64,000 nucleotides of DNA from a virus (taxonomy: Duplodnaviria > Caudoviricetes), in the IMG/VR virus record IMGVR_UViG_2516653005_000001, positions 1 through 64,000 of that record, one strand, 5' to 3'. The notes under the pieces are model-generated. The model had not been told where the DNA came from and searched no databases. It was given only the letters and a program-made list of their open reading frames with translations. Below, piece by piece: positions 29,556 to 39,651 of the stretch (position 1 is the stretch's first letter; each line of letters opens with the position of its first letter). Both the position numbers and the translations under genes were made by a program.

Positions 29556-30536
29556 CTAATCGCCGACCGGATCGCCGCCAACAATGATTGGCTTCGACGA
29601 CAAAAGCTGTCCGCCCTTGGCAACCGCAATGAAGTTGTCTTCCATTGCGATCTTCGAGCCCTTGCCCTTTTTGATGACCAGTCGCGCTTCTTGCGTCCCA
29701 AAGCCGGCGGTGATGACGTCCGACTTGACCGAGACCTTGCCGTCACCCTTCTTCAGGTAGGCTTCGTCCTTGGTCATTTTGTATTCGACATCTTCAAGAT
29801 TGAGGGTGATGTCGGACTCTGTGAGTTTGATCTTGGCCTTGGATTTGCCGTGCGTGACGAGCCAACCATCCTTGGTCGCCTTGACCTGGAGCGTCTTTTC
29901 GTCGCCATCCTCCGGCACTTCCGGAAGGGTGCGCGTCTTCTGCTTAGACGACTGCTTGCCGTCTGCCTGCTTCGCCGACTGACCTCCGGACCCCTGATCT
30001 TGTGATTTCTTCTTCTGGATGATCAGGTGGAAGGTGTCTTTCGCCTCCCGCAGCCAGGTGTTCCATTTGTCCTGCTGCTGATCCTGCTTGCCCTGCTGGT
30101 CGCCTTGCGACTGACCTTGGCCCTGCTCGCCCTTCTCATCGTCCTCGTCCTCGATCAAGGTGACGATCTCGTCTTCCTTGTCGTGAGGCGACGGAGTGTT
30201 TGGGCCGTAGTGAAACGGCTCAGCAAGTGCCAGCTCAGGTGTGCCGCCTGGAGATCGCAGAAGAGCCTTTTGTCCCTTCTTCGGCGGGACCGACTTCTTA
30301 ATCGTACCGTGGGAAAAACTCATCCACGGAATCCAGTCGGACTTGAATGTGTCGCCGCTCGACGATCCTGAATTTTGACCGCTTGGCGTCAGGTCGGAGC
30401 CGTCATTGAGCTTCACGTACCAGCGGCGTTTTTCCTTGTCGAACTTGACGTCGACAATCTCGCCCATCCGGCCGCTATTCTGAAAACGACGCTCAAGATC
30501 CTGAAGGCGGCGTTCAACAGCAGCCAGGAAGCGCAT
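29556..30536 (-). CDS. Baseplate spike, P2 gpV-like
   Basis: SDWIPW, PPKKGQ..LL.SP.G and C-terminal beta-helix-like repeats. Confidence 0.85.
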   Translation of the reverse strand: MRFLAAVERRLQDLERRFQNSGRMGEIVDVKFDKEKRRWYVKLNDGSDLTPSGQNSGSSSGDTFKSDWIPWMSFSHGTIKKSVPPKKGQKALLRSPGGTPELALAEPFHYGPNTPSPHDKEDEIVTLIEDEDDEKGEQGQGQSQGDQQGKQDQQQDKWNTWLREAKDTFHLIIQKKKSQDQGSGGQSAKQADGKQSSKQKTRTLPEVPEDGDEKTLQVKATKDGWLVTHGKSKAKIKLTESDITLNLEDVEYKMTKDEAYLKKGDGKVSVKSDVITAGFGTQEARLVIKKGKGSKIAMEDNFIAVAKGGQLLSSKPIIVGGDPVGD

Positions 30537-31120
30537 CAGGGAACCTCGGGTGTAATGTCGAGACCATCCTCCGCCTCTTCGTCGGCGCGATGGATGACCG
30601 CGTGTGTAAGCACGCGCGTTTGCGGCGTCTGCGTCACCGGCACGCCCATGTGCCAGACCAGACTGCGGTCACGCGCAGAGTTGTTTCCAATCGCCAGACC
30701 CGACTCCCATTCGACGACACCGACCGAGATGCCCTCTCGACGCATGGCCGGGTCTCCAATTCTCTTGAACTGGACGCGGGTAGCTGGAGCGGCGTCAGGG
30801 TCACCGAACTGGTTGTGGTTGGCCAAGACAGCCAGGCGCTCGACAAGATCCCACGTTCTGTCGTCGCCATCGCGACCAGCGAGCTTGTCTTGGTTGATGA
30901 TGACCACGACACATCGCAAATCGGCATTGAGTTCGCCGGTCACCATGTGATCGGTTGGGACGTTCATGACCGCCACGCGTGCGGCCGGTGTTACGATCGT
31001 CCAGTCGTCGACATCCTGTTCGTCGAAAATTCCGTCGTACCAATCGATGTCGACGATCTCGGGAATTGCGGTCTTGATGGTTTCGATAACGCGATTTCTG
31101 AAAGCAACGATCTTACTCAT
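30536..31120 (-). CDS. Tail terminator / Mu gp37-like protein
   Basis: Position; TPAARVAV. Confidence 0.6.
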   Translation of the reverse strand: MSKIVAFRNRVIETIKTAIPEIVDIDWYDGIFDEQDVDDWTIVTPAARVAVMNVPTDHMVTGELNADLRCVVVIINQDKLAGRDGDDRTWDLVERLAVLANHNQFGDPDAAPATRVQFKRIGDPAMRREGISVGVVEWESGLAIGNNSARDRSLVWHMGVPVTQTPQTRVLTHAVIHRADEEAEDGLDITPEVP

Positions 31121-31122
31121 TT

Positions 31123-31593
31123 TCAGCTCAGAACATGGTCTTTCAGAATTTTCGCGATCCGCCTCTTATTCTCCGGCGAGAAGCCCAGGAACGGCCTTGG
31201 CGGAACTTGCGGACGCGGACGGTTGCTTCGATACTTTCCCCGAACCTTGCGCACGCCCTTCTGCATCGGCCCCGCGTATTTCAGGGGCGAGCCGATTTCG
31301 AAGCCGCTGTTGGTCAGGTTGTAAACTCGGATGCTGCGCGCCAGACCGCCGGTTTCGAACAGCGGCGCATCGTGGCCCTTCAGCTCCTGCGTCAGCGCCG
31401 AAAGCGCCTGCCATCGCTGACCGCCCGGAGACGTCTTCGTCCTCAGGATGCGGTTGACGGTCGCGTTGACCATGTAACCAGCCGCCGCTTCCATCGCCGG
31501 CCGCATGTACCTGGTCCGGTTCGTCAGCTTGCGAAGGCGGTCATCGATCTTCTTGAAGTCTTTGAGGTCGTAGCGAAACCTGACGGCCGCCAT
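31123..31593 (-). CDS. Virion morphogenesis protein (Mu gpG / P2 gpS-like)
   Basis: SPGGQRWQALS, L.ETG.L..SI, PPRPFLG. Confidence 0.88.
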   Translation of the reverse strand: MAAVRFRYDLKDFKKIDDRLRKLTNRTRYMRPAMEAAAGYMVNATVNRILRTKTSPGGQRWQALSALTQELKGHDAPLFETGGLARSIRVYNLTNSGFEIGSPLKYAGPMQKGVRKVRGKYRSNRPRPQVPPRPFLGFSPENKRRIAKILKDHVLS

Positions 31594-32006
31594 TACGCCC
31601 TCCAGCAGTCAATCGATCTCCCGTATCGCTTTGCGTTCGGATCGGTGACCGTGCCGTCGTCCCCCGTCGTTGTCGGGAGGCCGAGGCCGATCTTGCCGGC
31701 CGAAATCTTGTCGAGGATCGCAAGCGCGTCTTCGTAGCGAAGACGCATTTCGTCTGTTCGTGTGCCGCGACTGAGTGCGATCTTGTAGACCGCGATATCG
31801 ATGGCACAGTTCCTGATGACGCCAGGAGTGCTTGTCAGCGGGACCGTGTAGACCGCTGACAGATAGGCGTCGCAAATCTCATCTGCCGCGACGAGCCCAC
31901 GATCCACAATCTCTGGATCAGGAATGCCGTCACGGTTGTTGTCGGCAAGGCGAACAAGAAGCTCTACGCCGTACAGATTGTCGATGTCTTCCTTGCTCGC
32001 ATACAT
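31593..32006 (-). CDS. Head-tail adaptor (Mu gp36 / DUF1320-like)
   Basis: MYASKEDI, DAYL..Y..PL, DIAVY, RYEDA..L..I..GK..L. Confidence 0.9.
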   Translation of the reverse strand: MYASKEDIDNLYGVELLVRLADNNRDGIPDPEIVDRGLVAADEICDAYLSAVYTVPLTSTPGVIRNCAIDIAVYKIALSRGTRTDEMRLRYEDALAILDKISAGKIGLGLPTTTGDDGTVTDPNAKRYGRSIDCWRA

Positions 32007-32018
32007 GCCTTGTTCTCG

Positions 32019-32357
32019 TTACTTCGGGCCGCGCTTACCCTTGCCGTGCTTGGGTTCGGTTGGCTCCTGAACCTCAGGCTGTTCGGCAGGCTGGCGGAGG
32101 TCTTCCGCAGCGCCTTCCGGTTCGCTGGAAGGCACGACAGGATCGGCGGCAACCGGCTTTTCCGGCTCGGCACCCTGCAGCGCAGCTTCCTTGGCCAAGA
32201 GGATCGCGGCTCGCTGAGCGCGGATCTCGTCAGAGACGAGCTGTCGGTTCGAACGCTCCAAAGCAGCAGCCTCCCTCGCTCGATATCCCTTCGGGACCAT
32301 CATCGATTGTCTCCATTGCACCCCTCCCGGATTGCGCCGGGAGGGTTTGTTTGACAT
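32019..32357 (-). CDS. Hypothetical head-associated protein
   Basis: ORF between capsid and adaptor with a Pro/Glu-rich tail. Confidence 0.55.
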   Translation of the reverse strand: MSNKPSRRNPGGVQWRQSMMVPKGYRAREAAALERSNRQLVSDEIRAQRAAILLAKEAALQGAEPEKPVAADPVVPSSEPEGAAEDLRQPAEQPEVQEPTEPKHGKGKRGPK

Positions 32358-32375
32358 TTGCAATCAAGCAAACGA

Positions 32376-33353
32376 TTAGACAGCAACCTTGTGCTTGAAG
32401 GCCACGATGCGAATGAGCTTCGGATCGTACACGCGCTCCCAGTTGCTCGATGTCGCCAGCTCGGTGTTGCTCGGGGTCGGGCCGACAGGAGTCCCCTTCC
32501 ACTTCACGCCGCGCGGATGCATGACCCACTGCCGGCGGTTCACGATGTACTCCTGACCCATACCAACCAGAGCCCGGCGTTCGACCTCCACGGCTACGCG
32601 TGGCGACTTCTCGCCATAGGCAATCGCGCCCTGACCGAAGATGTAGGTCGTGAAGACCTTATCAGCGCCAGTACCGGTCACCGGCATGCCGTCATCCTCG
32701 ATGACCAGCTTGCCCATATATGTCGGAATGGTCAGCTTACCCTGGCTGTCCGGGATGTAGTCGATCAGGTCGGCCTTCACCATCGCCTTCAGGGTCAGCG
32801 AGTGAACCGCAACGGCGCTCAGGCCGCCGGCCTCGTCGCCCAGCAGAAACGCCGAGTCGATGAAGCTATCAGCGTCGAAGTTGGCCGCACCGCCGGTCGC
32901 TGCGGAGATGTCGTTGACGTTCGCCGCCATCGAGGCCGCGCCCATCGCACCCTTCAGGGTAGCGAGCAGCGCCTTCTGGAAGCGCACGTCCCACCAGCTC
33001 GCGAACCGGTCAGCAATCGCCGAGATCGGGTCGGCGCCCGACAGGTCGGCCGCGAGGTCCGTGGTGCCGAACGCCTTGCCGCGCAGCAGCTTAACCGCAA
33101 CGTCCTGACCAGTGGTCATCTTGCCGACCGCCAGATCGGCGGTGTCGTCCAGCACGACCTCTTCATCGTTGGTGTCGAGGTCGTTGAAGAACGGCATGTT
33201 GACCGTCTTGCCCTCGATCTGGGCGTCAATGGTCGAAGTGAGATCGGTGATGATGCCCGACTGGAACAGTCGCGACTTCTCTGTGGTCAGCGTCTGCACA
33301 TAGCCGTTGAACTTTGTCGGGACGATCATGTCCGAAAGACGAGTCTCAGTCAT
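32376..33353 (-). CDS. Major capsid protein
   Basis: TRLSDMIVP..F..YV, NMPFFNDL, RGKAF, AVHS, HPRGVKW; follows the scaffold gene. Confidence 0.92.
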   Translation of the reverse strand: MTETRLSDMIVPTKFNGYVQTLTTEKSRLFQSGIITDLTSTIDAQIEGKTVNMPFFNDLDTNDEEVVLDDTADLAVGKMTTGQDVAVKLLRGKAFGTTDLAADLSGADPISAIADRFASWWDVRFQKALLATLKGAMGAASMAANVNDISAATGGAANFDADSFIDSAFLLGDEAGGLSAVAVHSLTLKAMVKADLIDYIPDSQGKLTIPTYMGKLVIEDDGMPVTGTGADKVFTTYIFGQGAIAYGEKSPRVAVEVERRALVGMGQEYIVNRRQWVMHPRGVKWKGTPVGPTPSNTELATSSNWERVYDPKLIRIVAFKHKVAV

Positions 33354-33397
33354 TTCTTTCTCTTATTTTGACTGGCTTTGCATTCAAGCAAACGGCA

Positions 33398-34282
33398 TCA
33401 GTCACTGACGCCTGCCTGCGCCTTGAAGCGCTTGGCCAGATCGGGTTTGGTGTTTTCGAGCAGCATCTGCTGCGTCAAATTCCAGGTCTCTTTGACCCAG
33501 GGATTCTTGTCGCCCGGCGACGCAGGGACCGTGGTGCCAGGTGTGGTACCGAGGCCGCGCTTCTCCTCAGCCTTGAACAGAGCCGGACGCGCTTCGCGGA
33601 TCTCGGTGAGGAGATCGGCGACGGTCACCGGAGTGCCCAAGGCGTCCTTGATGCGCGGATGGCCATTCGCGTCGATCACTTCGACGACGAATTTCCCATC
33701 GACAACCTTGGTCTGGATGTATTGGCCCGCGATGAGTTCGATGGCATCCCGCGCATCTTCAAGCGGATTGAGTTTCGCAAGCTCGGACTTGACCTCGTTG
33801 TCCTTCAGCAAGGTCTTGAGCTGCCCCGTCAGACTGTCGATCGTGCCTTCCTTCGACTTCATCTGCGTCTGCAGCTCGGTCTCGCGCAGGGTGAACTGCG
33901 AAGTGAGCTGCGTCTTGAGCGCAGTGAACTTCTCGTCGGCGATCTTGTCAGCCTCTTTCTGGGGGTCGAACGCTGTCAGCTTTGCAGCAGTTTCGATGGC
34001 CGACTGAGCGGCCTCAGGTGTGATGTCTCCGAACGCAGCGACGCGATCGATCGCCTGACGAGCCAGGGACGGATCGATGCCCTCGAAGGGCTTCAGGGCG
34101 TCTTCCAGGCCGCGCTTCAGGTTACGCTCTGCACCGAGCGCACTCTTCAGGCCGGAAACATTGTCGAGTTCGTAGCCGTCGACCGGCGTCACATTGAGAA
34201 AGAACTTTCCGTCCTTCTCGACATAAAACTGGCGAAGACCTTCATCGACCGTGTTGATATCTGCAACAATAGCTTTGAGCAT
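33398..34282 (-). CDS. Head scaffolding protein
   Basis: YVEKDGKFFL, GLKSAL..ER, coiled coil, NPW.KETWNLTQQ. Confidence 0.85.
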   Translation of the reverse strand: MLKAIVADINTVDEGLRQFYVEKDGKFFLNVTPVDGYELDNVSGLKSALGAERNLKRGLEDALKPFEGIDPSLARQAIDRVAAFGDITPEAAQSAIETAAKLTAFDPQKEADKIADEKFTALKTQLTSQFTLRETELQTQMKSKEGTIDSLTGQLKTLLKDNEVKSELAKLNPLEDARDAIELIAGQYIQTKVVDGKFVVEVIDANGHPRIKDALGTPVTVADLLTEIREARPALFKAEEKRGLGTTPGTTVPASPGDKNPWVKETWNLTQQMLLENTKPDLAKRFKAQAGVSD

Positions 34283-34417
34283 TTCTATCCCGGAAATGCG
34301 GGGCGTCCCGCCCCTCGTGAGAAAATGGACTCTTAGGCATCACGCCATTGGTCCGGTTGGCTCCCCGAGGACCGGGGAAAGGTTCGACCGCGCGCACAGT
34401 CGTCCCGACCGAGCGCG
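34280..34417 (-). promoter_or_regulatory. Scaffold leader with repeated G(G/U)GA(C/U)-loop hairpins
   Basis: Four hairpins with related loops; the last one sequesters the AUG. Confidence 0.6.
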
Positions 34418-34600
34418 TGATCCGAAAATGATTCTGAGAGGTGTCATTGCCCAGAGCCGGGCGGACGCCATCAATTCTCAAATGAGATTTGAGAGAGCGA
34501 GTTGGCTGCTACCAGCCACAACGATCAATAGACGCGAGACAAACGCGCTCTATGCTGCGTAAATTAGTCACTTATGCTGCGATGAGGAGATGCAGTACCA

Positions 34601-35413
34601 ATGTACCGTCTGATATCACTAATTCTTGCAGTTCTTATCACCCAAGCTTCAGCGCGCGAGATCCGTCAGGAACTTGAGCTTCAGCAATGGACCTACACCC
34701 CGAATGCATCGCCTATTAGCAACGCTGACGTCTTTGGCGTGAAGATCGGCATGTCTCTTGAGGATGCAACACGCACTCTCGTGGCGCAGCAGTTTACCGT
34801 GCAGAAAACAGATCATTTCGCATGGAGCCGCTCAGCGAACACAGATGGTCTCAATGTCGAGGTTGTTGCAAAACCACAATCGATCAATTCTCGACACCTG
34901 AAGAAGACAGTCCAGGTAGGCGGCTCTACCGCCATTGAGGAGATTTACCTCTATCCGGCGACAACCACATCCAATGATCAAATCTTCAGCATTGTTCGTA
35001 TAGTAAACTTCCAAGATGAAGCTGGTGGTCCAGATGAGCAGGCTGTCATCCAAGCCCTTCTGAATCGATTTGGTCCAGAAAGCAGAATCCAAAAGTTTGA
35101 CAAGAGGTTGCTCGAGAGCCATCTCGCATGGTATTTTTCTAACGGCGCACCTATTCCAGGCAGCGGGGCTCTAGACTACATGACTCTAGCGTCATGCAGT
35201 GACGATAAGTACACTGAAGCCGCATACGCGGAAGTTCGCAGCACCTATGGCAAGCATGCTGTGCGGTATATCAATGTAGCCCTGATAGATACGCGAATGT
35301 GTTCATTGGCACAGAAACAGTTGCATCTGCAGCTTTTTGGCGAAGCTAAACGCATTCTATCATCGGAGACAGCAAAGCGTGACGCTGCACCGAAATATGA
35401 GCCGAAATTCTAG
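34601..35413 (+). CDS. Secreted/periplasmic hypothetical protein (moron-like)
   Basis: Signal peptide MYRLISLILAVLITQASA; opposite strand and visibly more AT-rich than the flanks. Confidence 0.7.
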   Translation: MYRLISLILAVLITQASAREIRQELELQQWTYTPNASPISNADVFGVKIGMSLEDATRTLVAQQFTVQKTDHFAWSRSANTDGLNVEVVAKPQSINSRHLKKTVQVGGSTAIEEIYLYPATTTSNDQIFSIVRIVNFQDEAGGPDEQAVIQALLNRFGPESRIQKFDKRLLESHLAWYFSNGAPIPGSGALDYMTLASCSDDKYTEAAYAEVRSTYGKHAVRYINVALIDTRMCSLAQKQLHLQLFGEAKRILSSETAKRDAAPKYEPKF

Positions 35414-35687
35414 CAACTCACGACGACACCTTTCATCGACGATTTTCATCAGCGGCGGTGCTGGCGTGCATCGCACTCTTGACTATCTCTGTCCGTCTTT
35501 CGTGCGTAGTGCGGACTGAGACCGCTGAAGCGCGCTCGACCGCACAGGAGAGGACGGGAGCGCGGAGCCGATAGGAGGGCTCAGGAGTCGTGTTCTGCTT
35601 TCGACGACCAACGTGTCGCCCAAAATGGAAAACCCGCTCAGGAGACTCCTGAGCGGGCTGTAGGGGCAATCTAACAGGTTATGGAAA

Positions 35688-35945
35688 TCAACCGTCGATC
35701 GGCGCCTCTTCGAAGGCAGCTCGATCCAGAAAGGAGATGGTGCCGTCCGCCCTTCGGACGACGAAATCACCAGCGATGCACGAGCGCATCCCGCTCTCGT
35801 CGTGGCTCGTCAATCCACCCAGGGAGTTCAGCTCCAAGGAGCCGTCCAGGAGCGCATCGACCAACCAACCCGGAGGCGTCCGTTCAGCGGCGCGGCCCCA
35901 TAGCGGGATACCGAAGACGTCGTCGGAACGTTCCGTTTGCATCAT
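35688..35945 (-). CDS. Hypothetical protein
   Basis: GDFVVR..DG.I..L...FE pattern; preceded by the recurring motif. Confidence 0.6.
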   Translation of the reverse strand: MMQTERSDDVFGIPLWGRAAERTPPGWLVDALLDGSLELNSLGGLTSHDESGMRSCIAGDFVVRRADGTISFLDRAAFEEAPIDG

Positions 35946-36020
35946 TTACACACCATTTGCATTTGAGCAAATGACAAACCACAGTACGGCAGGTTTGTCA
36001 AGAGGTCTAGGTCGATTTTC

Positions 36021-36356
36021 CTATTTTCCAGCCTTGCTCTTGCCGGGGAACTTGACCACCTGGCCACGCTCGTGCCGGGTTGCAACCTTCCGGCGACGTT
36101 CGTTCAGCTCGGCCTCCTTGCTGCGCGCCTTCTCGGTGCGCTTGAGGTAAGCGTCGCTGGATTCCCGCGTCCTGCAGAGGAATTTCTTGTCGAAGCAGAT
36201 GGCGCAACAGTACCACTCGTCGCCGACGAGTTTGCCGTCAACGACAAATCCGTCCTTCACCATCCGCACCAGCTCTGTGACAGGGGTGTTCTGACGGGTT
36301 GAACACGGCTCACACGCATAAGCCGTGATATCGATGCGATCTGAGGTGGTAGCCAT
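36021..36356 (-). CDS. Hypothetical zinc-binding protein
   Basis: CEPC...CAIC plus a basic C-terminus. Confidence 0.6.
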   Translation of the reverse strand: MATTSDRIDITAYACEPCSTRQNTPVTELVRMVKDGFVVDGKLVGDEWYCCAICFDKKFLCRTRESSDAYLKRTEKARSKEAELNERRRKVATRHERGQVVKFPGKSKAGK

Positions 36357-36393
36357 TTGCTCCGGCTACCACCAATTTACACTCAAGTCAAAC

Positions 36394-37962
36394 TCAGATC
36401 TGCTTGATCGGCCTGTTCTGTCCGGCCGGATAATCGACCGGGGCGGCCGGCTTCGGGTCTGCCTGAGCCGGATCGGCCTGAGCCGGGTCCGGCTGGTTTC
36501 CGGTCGCAGCCTTCTCGGCCGAGATCTTGTCCTGAGCATCCAGCAACGCCAGCTCGGCGGCGATGTCGAAGTTTTCGCCGAGCAGATTGCGGTTCTGCAA
36601 CTCGGTCAGGATGGTTTCGCGCGTAAGGCCCCTGCCCTCCCAGACCTTGATGAGGGTTTGCAGCTCATTCAAGCGATCCTTGGTGTTCGAGAACTCGGTG
36701 TTCAGATTGACGACCACATTGCTGTAATCCTTGCCCGTCCACTGGCCCATGAAGCGGATCGCCTTCTCGATCGTATCCTGGCAGTTGATCGCCATGTCGT
36801 GGACGACCGAATGAACACGGGTCTCTTGGATGTCGCGCTCGTTCTGCGGCACATACTGCCGATGCGTCTCAGCGACGGGGTTCAGCGCCATCATGTCCAT
36901 CTGCATTTCCAGACGGTCGAGGTCTTTCGCGCCGGACTCGATCGCAGACCCTTTTGGCTCGACGTAATACCATCGGCCGTTGGCGTCAGGAGCGCACAGC
37001 ACCTTGTACGGACCGATCGCAAATCCCCTCTCGTCTTCCGGGTCGATCGTGACGCCGGACGCCGCCAGCATCGGGAAACGCGCGGCCGACAGGATCGACC
37101 GCTGGTCGGAGGACGAAATCCAGTGCTCGATCTGCTTGTAGGCCAAATCGATGAAGACCGGCCTGACAACGTAGTCGGCCTCGCGCTCGCCGGAATAGAG
37201 CGTGACGAACGGCACCTCAGACATCTTGATCGGCTGCTCACTGATAAACGTCCAGCCGCCGGACGCACCACCAGAGGCCGAGGTCTTCTGCTCCCAGAGC
37301 TGAACGATGCCGTTCTCTGTGCCCGGCTCGACCTCGATCACCCGGAGCTGGTTATACAGCTGCTCCTTGAAGTCGACCAGCTCGGCGCGCTGGCTGACAA
37401 TGCGAACGTGGAAAGTCTTTACGTCGCCGCCGACATATTCGTCATAGGCGGCAAGCACGCTGGAGTTCTTGAAGAGCTTGAAGAACGGACGAGCGCCAGA
37501 CGCCTTTTGAGCTGCGAGGTTAGGCATGTTGTAGGTGTCAGGGTGATCCACCAGCAGATGACACATGCCATCAAGCATCGCATTGTTGAAGAGCGAGTGA
37601 GCAAAGACATGGATGTGACTACCCTGAAGATCGATGTCCTGAGCCCACAGCTGCAGATCAGGATCAGCATTCTGAAGTTTGAGAAGAGAGCGAAACGGTT
37701 TCGCGGAAGCAGCGTCGACAGCCTCACGCAGCTTGTTCAGCGCGAAGGTTGAGGCAAGACGCGTCTGGTAGCGCGCGTCAGACTCCTTGTCGTATTGCGG
37801 CAGGAAGTCCTTACCCTTGGCCCGCATCGACTCCGTTCCGCCATAGACGGCTCGAAGCATTTCGGTCCTGGTCGCCATCGTGGTGGCGGCGGACGAAAGA
37901 ACACCAGGGTTTCCGTTCTGCGGCGACTTCGTATAGGTTTGAGCAATAGTATTGGATGCCAT
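36394..37962 (-). CDS. Portal protein (DUF4055-like)
   Basis: GGTESMR..G..FLPQ..KES...Y..RL, D..G; follows TerL. Confidence 0.9.
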   Translation of the reverse strand: MASNTIAQTYTKSPQNGNPGVLSSAATTMATRTEMLRAVYGGTESMRAKGKDFLPQYDKESDARYQTRLASTFALNKLREAVDAASAKPFRSLLKLQNADPDLQLWAQDIDLQGSHIHVFAHSLFNNAMLDGMCHLLVDHPDTYNMPNLAAQKASGARPFFKLFKNSSVLAAYDEYVGGDVKTFHVRIVSQRAELVDFKEQLYNQLRVIEVEPGTENGIVQLWEQKTSASGGASGGWTFISEQPIKMSEVPFVTLYSGEREADYVVRPVFIDLAYKQIEHWISSSDQRSILSAARFPMLAASGVTIDPEDERGFAIGPYKVLCAPDANGRWYYVEPKGSAIESGAKDLDRLEMQMDMMALNPVAETHRQYVPQNERDIQETRVHSVVHDMAINCQDTIEKAIRFMGQWTGKDYSNVVVNLNTEFSNTKDRLNELQTLIKVWEGRGLTRETILTELQNRNLLGENFDIAAELALLDAQDKISAEKAATGNQPDPAQADPAQADPKPAAPVDYPAGQNRPIKQI

Positions 37963-37977
37963 TAATTGAACCTGACT

Positions 37978-39429
37978 TTACCAGTCTAGGATCGCGGCAC
38001 GCTTCGGACCGAGTAGCTCGTTGAAAGCATCGGACGCGGCATCGACTTGGTCGTCATGGACACCAAGCGGGAATGTCTCGAGTTCGTCGGTGAAGCATTC
38101 ATTCCATCTTCCACTGACGAGCTTGACGTTCCCGGCCTCACACTGCGCAGCAAAGGCGGCAGCACGGGTCTCTTTCGAGCCGGTTGGGCGAACGGCCTTG
38201 ATCTTGTAGCCGGCGAGACGCCGGATGAAATTTTGGGCTTGGCTCTTGCCGGCCTGCCCTGGATCTTGCGGAATGACGATCTGAACCGAGTGGCCGTCGT
38301 TCTTCGCGGTCTGGAAGATTTGGTTCTCGACATCCAGCGGCGTGCCACGAAAGCGGATGACGTTCTCGATGTAGAAGACCCCGTTGGAGTCCTTCGACAT
38401 CAGGACGCCGACAGTCCAGTCGCCGTCAGCCGAGGCCGCCAAGTCCCAGGCGCGGACGCGCACGCGGACGCTCGGCAATTCCTTTGGCTGCTCGAACCAC
38501 GAGGCCCGAAACATGCCGCCGTCGTCTGACATCGGCTGCTGCTGATACAGCGCCGAGAAAGACCGTTCGCCGAGCACCTCCTGACGATCCTGCAGAGCCG
38601 CGAAAGAGAAGCGGTTTGGCGCTGCGGGCTCATTCGGCCGCCGGCCGAGAGCGTCGCCAGGGACGGTGCCGTCCTCGTTGAGGATCAGTTCACCGTCGAT
38701 CGTCTTCTTGACGATGGGCAGTGCTGGGATCTCGATGATCCGCCAGGGCAGACCTTTGCCCTCGTTCATCAGATTAATCAGCCTGCCGGCGATGTCGTCG
38801 TAGTGCCAACGCGTCAGCGTCAGAACGATCGCCGCGTCTTCTTCAAGACGCGTGTAGACAACGTCTCGGTACCAATCCCACTGATCCTGACGAAACCCTG
38901 CCGATTCGACTTCCTTGCGATCCTTCACAGGGTCGTCGATCAGGAAAAGGTGCGCGCCCTTACCAGTGGTGCCCGAACCGACGCCGACCGCGTAATACTG
39001 TCCGCCGTTCTCTAACTGCCAGTCGTCTGCCGCTCGCTGGTCGGAGCGGATCGAGACACCAGGGAATAGCGTCTGGTATTCGTTCGACTTGATGATGTCG
39101 CGGACATTGCGCCCGAAGGTCGTAGCGAAGTCAGCGTTGTACGACGCCGAGATCACGTTGCGATCGGGATGGCGCCCGAGATAGAAGGCCGGGAAGCGTC
39201 TCGTCGACAGCTCTGACTTGCCGTGCCGTGGCGGCGCGAAGATCATCAAACGCTTCGTCGTGCCGTCAGCTACCATCTCCAACTCACGCGCAACGGCGTG
39301 GTGGAATGGGTCTGCTTGAAACTTCGGAAGCGTATAGGTGGTGAAATCGACGAGGTGGTTGCGGCCCCTCCTTCGACGCAGGATCTCGGCCGCTGCCTCC
39401 TCCGGGGAGACATCGGTGTCTAGGTTCAC
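37978..39429 (-). CDS. terL: Terminase large subunit
   Basis: APPRHGKS Walker A, LIDDP, TRWH.DD, RAWDLA, HDDQVDA. Confidence 0.96.
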   Translation of the reverse strand: MNLDTDVSPEEAAAEILRRRRGRNHLVDFTTYTLPKFQADPFHHAVARELEMVADGTTKRLMIFAPPRHGKSELSTRRFPAFYLGRHPDRNVISASYNADFATTFGRNVRDIIKSNEYQTLFPGVSIRSDQRAADDWQLENGGQYYAVGVGSGTTGKGAHLFLIDDPVKDRKEVESAGFRQDQWDWYRDVVYTRLEEDAAIVLTLTRWHYDDIAGRLINLMNEGKGLPWRIIEIPALPIVKKTIDGELILNEDGTVPGDALGRRPNEPAAPNRFSFAALQDRQEVLGERSFSALYQQQPMSDDGGMFRASWFEQPKELPSVRVRVRAWDLAASADGDWTVGVLMSKDSNGVFYIENVIRFRGTPLDVENQIFQTAKNDGHSVQIVIPQDPGQAGKSQAQNFIRRLAGYKIKAVRPTGSKETRAAAFAAQCEAGNVKLVSGRWNECFTDELETFPLGVHDDQVDAASDAFNELLGPKRAAILDW

Positions 39430-39448
39430 AATTTTCTTTCTTGAAATA

Positions 39449-39523
39449 TGGAGCGGACGATCGGGATCGAACCGACGACCACCTGGTTGGAAGCCAGGAG
39501 CTCTACCGCTGAGCTACGTCCGC
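39449..39523 (-). tRNA. tRNA-Gly(UCC)
   Basis: Canonical cloverleaf, loop CUUCCAA, GUUCGA, encoded CCA. Confidence 0.95.
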
Positions 39524-39651
39524 AAAATTGGCCCCGCCGTTAACTGGCAGCGTTTGCCCTGCTTGGATTAGAGTCGGGGCGACACGGCGGGCACATCGAC
39601 CGACTGCCCACGAGCCGCCGCGCAATTTCGCGACGGTGTCCGTGGGACCAT

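Noticed and set aside
19896-33371. Long + strand ORFs (19896-21377, 24512-26581, 32358-33371) and similar antisense ORFs elsewhere, e.g. 36325-37752 and 4097-5146
   Set aside because: Shadow frames of GC3-rich real genes on the opposite strand; no motifs or RBS.
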